A DNA stretch of 64,000 nt from Escherichia phage ES12, in the sequence record MN508614.1, one strand, 5' to 3'. Positions 33,485 through 42,764 of the stretch are shown here, piece after piece. Positions within the stretch are counted from its first letter, which is position 1. Each line of letters begins with the position of its first letter. The notes below the pieces were generated by a model. That model was not told the DNA's origin. It did no database searches and worked only from the letters and a program-made list of their open reading frames with translations. The translations under genes and the position numbers were made by a program.

Positions 33485-34141
33485 ATGACAGCACCTAGAA
33501 TATCATTTTCGCCCTCTGGTATTCTGTTTGGTGTTCTAGATCGCTTGTTCAAAGATAACGCTACCGGGAAGGTTCTTGCTTCCCGGGTAGCTGTCGTAAT
33601 TCTTTTGTTTATAATGGCGATTGTTTGGTATAGGGGAGATAGTTTCTTTGAGTACTATAAGCAATCAAAGTATGAAACATACAGTGAAATTATTGAAAAG
33701 GAAAGAAATGCACGCTTTGAATCTGTCGCCCTGGAACAACTCCAGATAGTTCATATATCATCTGAGGCAGACTTTAGTGCGGTGTATTCTTTCCGCCCTA
33801 AAAACTTAAACTATTTTGTTGATATTATAGCATATGAAGGAAAATTACCTTCAACAATAAGTGAAAAATCACTTGGAGGATATCCTGTTGATAAAACTAT
33901 GGATGAATATGCAGTTCATTTAAATGGACGTCATTATTATTCAAACTCAAAATTTGCTTTTTTACCAACTAAAAAGCCTACTCCCGAAATAAATTACATG
34001 TACAGTTGTCCATATTTTAATTTGGATAATATCTATGCTGGAACAATAACCATGTACTGGTATAGAAATGATCATATAAGTAATGACCGCCTTGAATCAA
34101 TATGTGCTCAGGCGGCCAGAATATTAGGAAGGGCTAAATAA
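33485..34141 (+). CDS. t: holin, 218 aa
   Basis: MTAPRISFSPSGILFGVLDRLFKDNATGKVLASRVAVVILLFIMAIVWY... = T4 holin T. Confidence 0.95.
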   Translation: MTAPRISFSPSGILFGVLDRLFKDNATGKVLASRVAVVILLFIMAIVWYRGDSFFEYYKQSKYETYSEIIEKERNARFESVALEQLQIVHISSEADFSAVYSFRPKNLNYFVDIIAYEGKLPSTISEKSLGGYPVDKTMDEYAVHLNGRHYYSNSKFAFLPTKKPTPEINYMYSCPYFNLDNIYAGTITMYWYRNDHISNDRLESICAQAARILGRAK

Positions 34142-34414
34142 TTATTTGTTTGTATACATCTCTAGATATCGATATACACCCTCAAAACCCTCGTTGAATT
34201 CGTCGATGAGGGTTTTCTTATCTTCTTGAGTTAATTCAGAAACAATTTTACGGAATGAATTCTGATTTAACTTTCTACCTTCATGCGTTACTCCAATCTC
34301 ATTCAGAAATGCAATAAAATTAGCACGATTCTCAACAATATCTTCTCTGGAAAATTTAATCAAAATAGACGCAACAGTAATAATTTCACGAACTGTATCA
34401 ATATTTTTATTCAT
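34142..34414 (-). CDS. asiA: anti-sigma70 protein, 90 aa
   Basis: MNKNIDTVREIITVASILIKFSREDIVENRANFIAFLNEIGV... = AsiA. Confidence 0.9.
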   Translation of the reverse strand: MNKNIDTVREIITVASILIKFSREDIVENRANFIAFLNEIGVTHEGRKLNQNSFRKIVSELTQEDKKTLIDEFNEGFEGVYRYLEMYTNK

Positions 34415-34426
34415 TAACTATACCAC

Positions 34427-34579
34427 TCAATTAGTTGACTTTGCTATAATATCATCAGACGTTTGATTTGTAAACTGGTCTGTGGTATTTTCTTCAAAAA
34501 TTTTTTCTACGAATTCCTTGAACGACTTACGTTCCTGAGCTACATTATGCTCGATTACTTTTTCAAGATTATGACTCAT
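34427..34579 (-). CDS. small hypothetical protein, 50 aa
   Basis: Hand-translated (below ORF-track size cut-off): MSHNLEKVIEHNVAQERKSFKEFVEKIFEENTTDQF...; ATGA overlap with arn stop. Confidence 0.35.
   Translation of the reverse strand: MSHNLEKVIEHNVAQERKSFKEFVEKIFEENTTDQFTNQTSDDIIAKSTN
34446..34475 (-). promoter_or_regulatory. early promoter for asiA (GTTTAC -35, TATTAT -10)
   Basis: Reverse complement GTTTAC-N18-TATTAT ~30 nt upstream of asiA ATG. Confidence 0.5.
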
Positions 34580-34854
34580 TCGAAATAATCTTCAATTTCA
34601 TAATCAAGGACATAAATCATTATAGTTTTTAATACATCATCAATACTTTTTCCTGGAGCTGGAATTACGTAAAAATATCCTGCTTTTGAGTTATCTTTAT
34701 AAGTTCCAATCAAGAAATCATTATTCCCAAGATGTAGTTCTTCAACTAATTCATTAACAATTGAGTGATATAAATTTGGTAGAAACTTGTATAGCTTTTC
34801 TAGAATATCAATTTTGATTGTGTATTGAACCACAGATTGAGAATCAATAATCAT
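34576..34854 (-). CDS. arn: anti-restriction nuclease (McrBC inhibitor), 92 aa
   Basis: 92-aa acidic ORF adjacent to asiA as in T4. Confidence 0.7.
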   Translation of the reverse strand: MIIDSQSVVQYTIKIDILEKLYKFLPNLYHSIVNELVEELHLGNNDFLIGTYKDNSKAGYFYVIPAPGKSIDDVLKTIMIYVLDYEIEDYFE

Positions 34855-34937
34855 AGACCTTCCCCTTATGTTTCTGTTTGCGATTAGATTCTTTAAACGC
34901 TTTCTTCTTATCCTTATGGACAGAAGCTTGATTAAAA

Positions 34938-35156
34938 TTATGTTTTGCGACTAAATTGTTCATAGTGCTGAATTACCTCTCTTAAACAATTGCATGTGAA
35001 TGAAAACTTTTTAGCTACACCACATTCAAATATATGTTCTCTTAAATCACGTGTGTCAGTATATCCCATCTCAACGATAAAATGTCTTATTAAATTTTTA
35101 TCTTTATCATTAAGAGAATTAAAATAATCAGATTTTGAATTAATTTCCCTGGCCAA
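34938..35156 (-). CDS. hypothetical protein, up to 72 aa (start uncertain, TTG in ORF track)
   Basis: ORF track; no ATG at ORF start. Confidence 0.3.
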   Translation of the reverse strand: MAREINSKSDYFNSLNDKDKNLIRHFIVEMGYTDTRDLREHIFECGVAKKFSFTCNCLREVIQHYEQFSRKT

Positions 35157-35436
35157 ATTGAATCACCTTCAGTTGACGTTTTAATTCTTTTATCATTTCT
35201 TCGTTCATCGCAATATAAAGATCGCGTAAAGCAGGTTTTAACATTCCATTTACTGGAGAACTAAATGGACACACATAATCTTTTCCTACGAGCTTTTTGG
35301 CGAATTCCATATTACAGAACTTAAATCCCGGCTCATTGGTATAAATTCCCCAATTAGTTGACATCATTTTATTAGCATATTCCAGTGCCTGGATTTGATT
35401 CATAATTCCATCGATTTGAAACTTTTTAATATTCAT
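35140..35436 (-). CDS. hypothetical protein, 98 aa
   Basis: ORF track; ATG start. Confidence 0.5.
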   Translation of the reverse strand: MNIKKFQIDGIMNQIQALEYANKMMSTNWGIYTNEPGFKFCNMEFAKKLVGKDYVCPFSSPVNGMLKPALRDLYIAMNEEMIKELKRQLKVIQFGQGN

Positions 35437-35900
35437 TAGTAAAGGTCCTCAGAGTAAAGTTCTTTTTCACTACCACCACGTTCAATACGTACTTGTCCAG
35501 CGTAAGTTGCAATAATCATTGCTTCTTCACGCGTCCAATAATTACTATATTGGTCAATAAACCCTTGGTCATCATCACAAACTTGTTGAGTAACTAATTG
35601 AGGTTTAACTACATCTAAAACTTCTGCCATATCTTTAGAATAATGACGAGCACCTGGAATAATAAGAGTTCGTCCATCTTTTAATTTAAAACGGTTGGCT
35701 GCGCAAACAATTCGTCGTTGATACTTTTGGTTTTCATCCCAGTATGCAGACTGCCAGCAGATTTCAGGAACTTCTTTCAGAACATCTTCTTCCGTATAAT
35801 TAGTATAACCTGCTGATTTAAATTTTTCGGCTAAACTCTCTGGAGTCTCACGAGATAATGCAACGTTTAGCATTTCAAGTCTTTCTTCAAATGTTTTCAT
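35436..35900 (-). CDS. hypothetical protein, 154 aa
   Basis: ORF track; ATG start. Confidence 0.55.
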   Translation of the reverse strand: MKTFEERLEMLNVALSRETPESLAEKFKSAGYTNYTEEDVLKEVPEICWQSAYWDENQKYQRRIVCAANRFKLKDGRTLIIPGARHYSKDMAEVLDVVKPQLVTQQVCDDDQGFIDQYSNYWTREEAMIIATYAGQVRIERGGSEKELYSEDLY

Positions 35901-36226
35901 TTAAACCATCCTTTAATACGTTGCCATAAAGTTTTCTGTTGAGCTTTGTTAACACCAATTGAACGAATAACTGGTTGAGATTCCTGGAATTCTTTATAAT
36001 CAGCAAGGTAAATTTCGTAAGCTGCATCTGTAAATGAACTTATTGCTGCCATAAAATTATTGCGAATACCTACTGGAGCATCTTTACTTTCACGAATAAT
36101 CATGTATTTACCAGTCTTAATCTTTACAATAGTTCCAAGATAAGCTCCGTGGTACCAAATGTCCCAACCCTCTTGAGTAGGTTCTGCGCAACGACGAAGT
36201 TCATTAACAATTTCTAACTTGTTCAT
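35897..36226 (-). CDS. hypothetical protein, 109 aa
   Basis: ORF track; ATG start. Confidence 0.5.
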   Translation of the reverse strand: MNKLEIVNELRRCAEPTQEGWDIWYHGAYLGTIVKIKTGKYMIIRESKDAPVGIRNNFMAAISSFTDAAYEIYLADYKEFQESQPVIRSIGVNKAQQKTLWQRIKGWFK

Positions 36227-36236
36227 TATTTATTCC

Positions 36237-36872
36237 TCACAGTTCAGATGCTACAGTGATTACAGCTTCAATGTTTTCTGCCGAGCGTTTAATGTCAAGA
36301 TACACATTACCGTTTTTAGCGATTTTACATGACATTCCGATATCAGTAAATTTCTGAATATGATGTTCCATCATTTTGTATCCAAAAATTCGCATATTTC
36401 CATTATTGTTAATTTCAAAATTACGAATTCCGTGAGTGCGTTTTTCTAAAATAGCAAGATAGTTACTGCGGTAAGTTTCAACCTTTTTAAGAACAAATCC
36501 ATTTTCATCTAAAAGTTTTAGCATAAGGTCTTTATCTTCTTCCATATCGGAAGTAATCTCACGAGCTTTACGAGTTGCTCGTTTTTTCAGTAGTTCAGGA
36601 GCATTTTCCTGTGCGTATAAAGTTGCTGCATTTGAAATAATATCCTGAGCTTCACCAGTAATGATTAATCCATCACCAGATTTCTCCACCAGGCCTTTTT
36701 TAATCAATACCCCAATATTACTATTAACTACTGCGTTACCTAAATCTGGATGCACCTCACGAACTTCTGCGGCTGTAATGAAATCTTTCTTAGCAATGGT
36801 AATTAAAATCGCAGCAGTTTTTTCATTCAGAACATCGTTAGAAGCTTTGATGATGTAAGTTACTTTAGACAT
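36237..36872 (-). CDS. motA: middle-transcription activator, 211 aa
   Basis: MSKVTYIIKASNDVLNEKTAAILITIAKKDFITAAEVREVHPDLG... = T4 MotA. Confidence 0.9.
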   Translation of the reverse strand: MSKVTYIIKASNDVLNEKTAAILITIAKKDFITAAEVREVHPDLGNAVVNSNIGVLIKKGLVEKSGDGLIITGEAQDIISNAATLYAQENAPELLKKRATRKAREITSDMEEDKDLMLKLLDENGFVLKKVETYRSNYLAILEKRTHGIRNFEINNNGNMRIFGYKMMEHHIQKFTDIGMSCKIAKNGNVYLDIKRSAENIEAVITVASEL

Positions 36873-36977
36873 TTTAATCTCCGTTTCAGTTCATTTATTT
36901 GATAGGTCTATAGTATCATGTTTAAAGCAGAAGTAAACACTTTTTTGCACTCTTTTTCAAGAGCTCTAATAAAGTAC

Positions 36978-37205
36978 TTACTTAATGTTCAGATTACGAA
37001 CTTCGATTTCGTCTTCATGGGCAAAATCAAACTGTTTGAATTCTGTGTCACCTTTAAATTTAAAAATCATTGTGAAGAAAGTCAGAACACCAGGTTTTTC
37101 TTCACGAACTCCACAGATATCATATTCAATACCATCTACAACCAGTTTGTTAGCAGTCAGAGCATTTTTAGCTTTAACGATTTCGTTTTCGATTTTAAAT
37201 TTCAT
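36978..37205 (-). CDS. hypothetical protein, 75 aa
   Basis: ORF track; ATG start. Confidence 0.5.
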   Translation of the reverse strand: MKFKIENEIVKAKNALTANKLVVDGIEYDICGVREEKPGVLTFFTMIFKFKGDTEFKQFDFAHEDEIEVRNLNIK

Positions 37206-37254
37206 TTTTTGTATCTCCGGGTTGTTTGTTTCAGTTCATTTATTTGATAGTTGT

Positions 37255-37284
37255 ATAGTACCACAGTATGCTTTGGTTGTAAAC
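37255..37284 (-). promoter_or_regulatory. early promoter (GTTTAC -35, TACTAT -10), second copy of the repeated cassette
   Basis: Near-identical to 19973..20002 region. Confidence 0.5.
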
Positions 37285-37305
37285 CGTTTTGTGAAAAAAT
37301 TTTTG

Positions 37306-37335
37306 AAATAAAAAAGGGAGAGCCTCGGCTCTCCC
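37306..37335 (-). terminator. rho-independent terminator
   Basis: gggagagcc-tcg-gctctccc hairpin followed on minus strand by a U-run. Confidence 0.65.
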
Positions 37336-37340
37336 TAAAA

Positions 37341-37490
37341 TTACTGCATGACTGTGATAACTGTCATGATAACACGTTGAATTCCGAACGCAAGAAGACC
37401 TCCTGCTACGGCAGGAACAACACCTAAACCCGCCAGTAAAATGCCACCAGATACTAATGCAGCGCTTGTGATACCAATGAATGGACTCAT
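37341..37490 (-). CDS. small membrane protein, 49 aa
   Basis: Hand-translated MSPFIGITSAALVSGGILLAGLGVVPAVAGGLLAFGIQRVIMTVITVMQ; ATGA overlap with gene 52 stop. Confidence 0.45.
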   Translation of the reverse strand: MSPFIGITSAALVSGGILLAGLGVVPAVAGGLLAFGIQRVIMTVITVMQ

Positions 37491-38815
37491 TTGATTTCCT
37501 CTAAATCTTTGGTGTATTCTGTAACTACATCAGTAGTTTTCCAATATTCGTTTTCTTCTTTTTTGGCTTTAGCTTCTTCAGCAAGTTTCTTTGCTTCGTC
37601 GGAAGTCATATGAAAAATATTCATTCCGACTAGTTTATCAACATAAGAAGAATACATCTCAATTTTAGAAAGTTCTTCGGTCAGTTCTTTACGAGTTTTA
37701 CCCTGCACAACAATTTCACCTGAAATTACTTTCTTAATGAAATGTGCCTTGGCAAAAGCTAAACGAAAAGCTGACTCAGTTTCTTTAATTTTATTATCAA
37801 TTCGTTTTTGGACATAAGTTTTACGAACTTCAACGAAGTCTTTGATTAAATCAACTACATTATCGTAAACTTGTAGTTTTCCTTTCTCATTAATAACCGT
37901 AATATTCTGAGAACGACGCTCAATCAACCCGAAGTCTTTCATAATTTTTGCATGGCGTTCTTCTTCGTTATCGCTCAAAGAGTATTCTTTGCGGAATTTA
38001 ACTTTGAAGCCAAAGCCATGCTCACCACAAGCATCATCCCATGTAATGAAGCCTTTATCTTCAAGCGGGTCTAAGATTTTACTCACATAAGTTTCACGAT
38101 CATACTTATATGGAATCTCAGTGATATGCATTTGAGTTCGTGAAGTAAACTTATATGTTCCACGAATTTCATATTGCCCATCAATTTCAACGACTTCACC
38201 ACGAAATTCTGGGAATTCTACCTTCGGTTTAGTTACTTTCTTTCCTTGAAGAGCTTGCAGTACAGCTTTCTTGACAGAAGAAACACTATGAGGAAGAATG
38301 TAAGTTGCATAACCAGTTGCAATACCGGAAACGCCATTAAGAAGAACAGTAGGAATAATAGGCAAATAGAAAGCAGGCGGAATGTGTTCTTTATCTTGAT
38401 GTACCGGAGCATATTCAGTATCTTTATATACGTTATAGAAATTTTTACTTACACGAGCAAAAATATAACGACTTGCTGCTGCCTTTTGGACAGTACGAGA
38501 ACCAAAGTTTCCTTGACCGTCTAACAGAGGAAAGTTATTATTCCAAGTGTTAGCCATCAAAGCACCTGCGTCTTGCGCAGAGTTTTCACCATGATGATAT
38601 CCAAGGTCCGCTACACCGCCTGCGATAGAAGCGAGTTTGTGAAACTTATCTTTATTTCCTCGTGCCAAATCAAGAGCTCGAGCAATAACAAATCGTTGAA
38701 CTGGCTTAAATCCGTCAATCATATTTGGGATAGCACGATTTTCAACCGTGTACATAGCATAAGCCAATGCTTCATTATCAATGATACTTTTTAAATCACG
38801 ATTATTCAGTTGCAT
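37487..38815 (-). CDS. 52: DNA topoisomerase II medium subunit, 442 aa
   Basis: MQLNNRDLKSIIDNEALAYAMYTVENRAIPNMIDGFKPVQRFV... GyrA-like. Confidence 0.95.
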   Translation of the reverse strand: MQLNNRDLKSIIDNEALAYAMYTVENRAIPNMIDGFKPVQRFVIARALDLARGNKDKFHKLASIAGGVADLGYHHGENSAQDAGALMANTWNNNFPLLDGQGNFGSRTVQKAAASRYIFARVSKNFYNVYKDTEYAPVHQDKEHIPPAFYLPIIPTVLLNGVSGIATGYATYILPHSVSSVKKAVLQALQGKKVTKPKVEFPEFRGEVVEIDGQYEIRGTYKFTSRTQMHITEIPYKYDRETYVSKILDPLEDKGFITWDDACGEHGFGFKVKFRKEYSLSDNEEERHAKIMKDFGLIERRSQNITVINEKGKLQVYDNVVDLIKDFVEVRKTYVQKRIDNKIKETESAFRLAFAKAHFIKKVISGEIVVQGKTRKELTEELSKIEMYSSYVDKLVGMNIFHMTSDEAKKLAEEAKAKKEENEYWKTTDVVTEYTKDLEEIK

Positions 38816-38819
38816 AAAT

Positions 38820-38960
38820 TTACCATACTAGTGAATGTAGTGCCATAATAACATCAGAAATGAAAAGCACGACTTGAATTAATCCGAACATTATTCCGTA
38901 ATATAATGCTATCAATAAAATAGCAAGGGCTAATGAATAGCCCAAGATTTTCTTAATCAT
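38820..38960 (-). CDS. small membrane protein, 46 aa
   Basis: Hand-translated MIKKILGYSLALAILLIALYYGIMFGLIQVVLFISDVIMALHSLVW; overlaps ac stop (ATGATTAA). Confidence 0.4.
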   Translation of the reverse strand: MIKKILGYSLALAILLIALYYGIMFGLIQVVLFISDVIMALHSLVW

Positions 38961-39111
38961 TAGTAGATAACAACACAAATGTTAAATATGCACACATACC
39001 CTGAGCTAAAGCTTGCGAAAACACACTGCTGGCATCAATACAGATAGTTAAAACACATGCTACTATCCAACAAATAAATGAAATAACTCCTAATAATTTT
39101 GCAATATTCAT
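38953..39111 (-). CDS. ac: acriflavine-resistance membrane protein, 52 aa
   Basis: Hand-translated MNIAKLLGVISFICWIVACVLTICIDASSVFSQALAQGMCAYLTFVLLSTND; GAGGAAAA RBS; position between stp and 52 as in T4. Confidence 0.6.
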   Translation of the reverse strand: MNIAKLLGVISFICWIVACVLTICIDASSVFSQALAQGMCAYLTFVLLSTND

Positions 39112-39118
39112 ATTTTCC

Positions 39119-39199
39119 TCACTGGCGTCCGAAGACGCCTTTAGTTTTAAGATTATTACGATAGAACTGCATCACGTGTTCGTTGTGGAAATTACTCAT
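39119..39199 (-). CDS. stp: Stp peptide (suppressor of three-prime phosphatase), 26 aa
   Basis: Hand-translated [26 protein letters not shown], the 26-residue T4 Stp as recalled; TAATG overlap with ndd stop. Confidence 0.85.
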
Positions 39200-39657
39200 T
39201 AATATGCCTGCAAAACGAATTTAAAGTTATCAGCCAACATACGGTTCATTTCTTCAAGTGTTTGATACTCGGAATGATGATTACGGGTAAACGCCAAAGC
39301 TAACTGACCTTTACCAAATCCTGTCGTCAGAGGTTTCATCTTAGAAGCAGGCAGATAAAATACTGTGTATACCATATTGTTATTTGCAATAGTACGTGCA
39401 AGCTGAGACCGACGTTGACGAATATGACTTAGAACTGCACTGAATCCTTGCTTAGAACGCTGATTACCTACATAAAATCGTGCAGACACACATGGATTAC
39501 TAAATGGACGACCATCTAATTTACTTACTAAAAAGTAAAATCCAGGTTTAGATAAAATATCTTTATGCGGAGTTCCTAAAAACCACTCACCACCCTTGAT
39601 TGTACCAATAACAGTAGCGCCTGCGTTGTTCAGATCAGTAACAGTCATGTATTTCAT
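39199..39657 (-). CDS. ndd: nucleoid disruption protein, 152 aa
   Basis: From ATG at 39657: [28 protein letters not shown]...; ORF track 5' extension runs through an upstream hairpin and was trimmed. Confidence 0.8.
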
Positions 39658-39715
39658 ATTAATTTCCTCTAAATTATTTTCTACTCCAAGGCCGCATGAA
39701 TACGCGGCCATTAAA

Positions 39716-39931
39716 TTAATCGTCGCAGTCGACGCTCAATTCCCAAAACTCTTCTACAGTATAAGTTTCAGTATCATTTTCAATACAGAAACGTTCATTA
39801 CTGTTATTTGCTAAAGTAGCATTAACTGTCGGTTTCTCGCTAGTGCTCTTAAGAGGTGAAATACGAATTAACTGATCACCGTTATCTAAACAGAAAATTT
39901 CACCAACTTTTACATCTTTAAAACTTTTCAT
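39716..39931 (-). CDS. hypothetical protein, 71 aa
   Basis: ORF track; ATG start. Confidence 0.5.
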
Positions 39932-40046
39932 AATTCACCTCAAGGAGTATAAAATCCAAACGCAGTTGTTGACCATCCCATCCAATATGGAAAATTTGCA
40001 CCAATGTAAAACATAAGAATATAAAACCAACCGCTCAGCAAATTCA

Positions 40047-40244
40047 TCATTTTACACCATTCCAAATTGTTTCAACCACAGATTTTAAACCATTTTGATG
40101 AATATCAATTCCGACTACTGCCATCAAATAGATTCCAACTACAACTGAACCTAAGGCAAAAATCAGCATGAAAATGAATAAAGCCGGAAAAATATTATCG
40201 AAAAACCATTCAATAAATGTAAAAGCACTGCGTTTACGCTTCAT
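40047..40244 (-). CDS. small membrane protein, ~65 aa
   Basis: ORF track start TTG; trimmed to ATG at 40244 preceded by GAGGAAAA. Confidence 0.45.
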   Translation of the reverse strand: MKRKRSAFTFIEWFFDNIFPALFIFMLIFALGSVVVGIYLMAVVGIDIHQNGLKSVVETIWNGVK

Positions 40245-40251
40245 ATTTTCC

Positions 40252-40365
40252 TCACATAAATCCAAAGTAAACGTTTAATACATCAATCATTAAAACGATT
40301 GGGAATATACTCAAAACTATTAGTATTATAACTACATTCCATATAGCTTTAATAATCTTTTTCAT
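40252..40365 (-). CDS. small membrane protein, 37 aa
   Basis: ATG at 40365 preceded by GGAGG; MKKIIKAIWNVVIILIVLSIFPIVLMIDVLNVYFGFM. Confidence 0.4.
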   Translation of the reverse strand: MKKIIKAIWNVVIILIVLSIFPIVLMIDVLNVYFGFM

Positions 40366-40393
40366 TTTCTGTTCCTCCGTAGTTGATAGGGTA

Positions 40394-40423
40394 ATAGTAC
40401 CACGGAAGAACAGTCTTGTAAAC
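40394..40423 (-). promoter_or_regulatory. early promoter (GTTTAC -35, TACTAT -10)
   Basis: Reverse complement GTTTAC-N18-TACTAT. Confidence 0.45.
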
Positions 40424-40608
40424 AACTTTTTTAAAAATATTCGTAATAAATGTGAATACCAACTACTACCGCTGAAACCTGTGCAACCCACCACGCACAA
40501 GCAATAAGTACAGAATTCAAAATTTTCATAATAACCTCATTACAAAAGTAAATGTTAAACAAATTACTGGAATACTAATTAACCAAACAAAACACCACCA
40601 TAATGAAC

Positions 40609-40872
40609 TCATAGTTCAATCTCAACGATTTCCAAGTGTTTTTGTTTTATTGCCTTTTTAACACAATCATGGACTAAATATGACCATGAATCATTATATT
40701 CTCCATTAACTAATCGTTGGAGATCTTCACGTGATGATAAGTAAGGTTGATCTGATTCCCATTTTGATAAAAATACTGCAGTAAAAATATCTCCTTCATC
40801 TGTAGTTGAAGTCGTAAATGCAATAAATTCACCGGTAATTTTATGTTTAACGTAAAAGAACTTAAATTTCAT
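40609..40872 (-). CDS. hypothetical protein, 87 aa
   Basis: ORF track; ATG start; leader identical to that of the 37-aa ORF. Confidence 0.5.
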   Translation of the reverse strand: MKFKFFYVKHKITGEFIAFTTSTTDEGDIFTAVFLSKWESDQPYLSSREDLQRLVNGEYNDSWSYLVHDCVKKAIKQKHLEIVEIEL

Positions 40873-40900
40873 TTTCTGTTCCTCCGTAGTTGATAGTTGT

Positions 40901-40930
40901 ATAGTACCACGGTCCTTGTGATATGTAAAC
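40901..40930 (-). promoter_or_regulatory. early promoter (GTTTAC -35, TACTAT -10)
   Basis: Reverse complement GTTTAC-N18-TACTAT. Confidence 0.45.
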
Positions 40931-40947
40931 TGTTTTATGAAAATTTT

Positions 40948-41505
40948 TTAAATGGAAAGATACCATCCGCTGTAGTTGCTTTTTCTTACAACTTTACGAA
41001 GGTCTTCTCTGTCACCGATGAACTTCGGAGTGTACTGGATGACACCTGGATGAATTTCTTTAGTGTTGAATATAATTATACAGTCGGCGACTTGATAATT
41101 TAGAATGGGCCCTAGATTTATTCCAGAACCATATGGATACTCTCCGCTGCATCCTGTTGTTACAGAAATCCAACGTGAGTCAGTTTGATGTGTCTTAACT
41201 TCTACGCGAAGCCCACAGTATTTTGGATGTGCTAAAACATCCCATGCATATGTGTACGGATCATCGACATCTTCTTGGCCTTTATTGACATATCCGCTTA
41301 GCCAATCTGCCACAAAAAACTCTGCGTACACAGCGATACGGCATCTTTCGATAACTTCTGCCTTATCCTGATTTGGGTTTTGTTTTAAAGAGTATCTTGC
41401 AGTATCAGCAATTTTGACCTTCATTTCACTAGTCAAGTCACTGTTCGATAGGGTAAATGACGGAATCTGAAATAGTCTCTGCAAACCCGGATTCGTTTTC
41501 TGCAT
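40948..41505 (-). CDS. denB: endonuclease IV, 185 aa
   Basis: 185-aa ORF MQKTNPGLQRLFQIPSFTLSNSDL... between ndd cluster and rIIB as in T4. Confidence 0.8.
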   Translation of the reverse strand: MQKTNPGLQRLFQIPSFTLSNSDLTSEMKVKIADTARYSLKQNPNQDKAEVIERCRIAVYAEFFVADWLSGYVNKGQEDVDDPYTYAWDVLAHPKYCGLRVEVKTHQTDSRWISVTTGCSGEYPYGSGINLGPILNYQVADCIIIFNTKEIHPGVIQYTPKFIGDREDLRKVVRKSNYSGWYLSI

Positions 41506-41560
41506 TTAAACTTTCCTTTTATGTCTGAATCACTGGTATTCATATAATAAATCATAATTT

Positions 41561-41587
41561 CTCTTAAAACAAAAGGGCCGAAGCCCT
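41561..41587 (-). terminator. hairpin terminator downstream of rIIB-distal ORF
   Basis: agggc-cgaa-gccct hairpin with U-rich tract on minus strand; identical hairpin repeated at ~41797. Confidence 0.45.
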
Positions 41588-41591
41588 TATT

Positions 41592-41786
41592 TTATTTGAA
41601 TTGTGCAATTCTTTTCTCTAGACATTCAGCATAAGATTTCATTGAGATGAACTGTGAAAGTAGCAGTTCTTGCTCAACTGCACTAACTGTTAGAAACTTT
41701 GCGCTTTCTAAAAATTTGCTCAGTGCATTAATTTTGAGCATTAATTGATCGTATTCTTCTTTTACTCGTGCTTGATAACCTAACAT
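41592..41786 (-). CDS. hypothetical protein, 64 aa
   Basis: ORF track; ATG start. Confidence 0.5.
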   Translation of the reverse strand: MLGYQARVKEEYDQLMLKINALSKFLESAKFLTVSAVEQELLLSQFISMKSYAECLEKRIAQFK

Positions 41787-41814
41787 AATTTTCCTTAGTT
41801 AAGGGCCGAAGCCC

Positions 41815-42753
41815 TTATTTAAATTGTTCAGTAACGTCTTCAACTACTTCGTATTGGCAGGTACGCATTTTAGCATCGTTGTAATCAATCGGAATTGATA
41901 CTACATCGCGAGGATGAACCTTAACTTTTACAACTCGGCTGGTTGAACTGCCAAAGTGACGAATATAAGATTTAGAACACACATGCAGACCACGAGAACA
42001 AGTTTGTGTATCATCGTCATTCACACGAGTACGTGGCATTTTAACTACTTTACCCGGACTGTTATCAAAGGTGTTTGAGTGACAGTCAAAGTAATTGCTG
42101 CGAACTACTTTCCAAGCATAGAAGTAGCCATCTTCTGTAATTTCAATATCATTTGCTACCAAGAAATCAAAGAGTCGAGATACCGCTTTTTGGCTTGGGT
42201 TTTCCAGCAGATTTTCCAAGAACGGAAAATAAAATTCAAAGTTTTCACCTTTTTCCATCGAGTCGAGAATACGATCAACCAAACCAGATCGCAATTCAAT
42301 ATTTTGATAGAACAAGCTTCCACCTTCAATTCGAACATCACCGGAAATATATTTTTCAACAGCGCGACGAACATTAATTTTTTGTGCCGCTTCTTCCAAC
42401 TTATCCGCTACAAGCAGATTAAGAATTTCCTGGAAGTTTGAATGAGTATTAGGAGTTGCGTTATAAGTTACACCATCAACAGTAATTGAAATGAATTTTT
42501 TAGATGCATTCCAAATAATGTCAGATTTAGCAACTGGAGCAATAACTGCATCGCTATTAACTTTAACTGTAATATCACCACTAATAGTAACTTTAGGGCG
42601 TTTAGCTTCTTCAGCATTTTTCAAAACACGACGGATTGTGTCAACCGATACATCCTTCCAATAAGCTAATTCCTGCTGAGTGTAATTACCACTTGAATAC
42701 AGTTTAACAATTTCAGCTTGTTCGTTTTTGGTCAGGCATTTAATATTGTACAT
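41815..42753 (-). CDS. rIIB: rIIB membrane-associated rapid-lysis protein, 312 aa
   Basis: MYNIKCLTKNEQAEIVKLYSSGNYTQQELAYWKDVSVDTIRR... = T4 rIIB. Confidence 0.95.
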   Translation of the reverse strand: MYNIKCLTKNEQAEIVKLYSSGNYTQQELAYWKDVSVDTIRRVLKNAEEAKRPKVTISGDITVKVNSDAVIAPVAKSDIIWNASKKFISITVDGVTYNATPNTHSNFQEILNLLVADKLEEAAQKINVRRAVEKYISGDVRIEGGSLFYQNIELRSGLVDRILDSMEKGENFEFYFPFLENLLENPSQKAVSRLFDFLVANDIEITEDGYFYAWKVVRSNYFDCHSNTFDNSPGKVVKMPRTRVNDDDTQTCSRGLHVCSKSYIRHFGSSTSRVVKVKVHPRDVVSIPIDYNDAKMRTCQYEVVEDVTEQFK

Positions 42754-42764
42754 AATTTTCCTTA

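Noticed and set aside
39199-39711. 170-aa ORF-track version of ndd
   Set aside because: The 5' extension reads through an intergenic GC hairpin (ggccgc...gcggcc) and lacks an RBS; the ATG at 39657 gives the known MKYMTVTDL start
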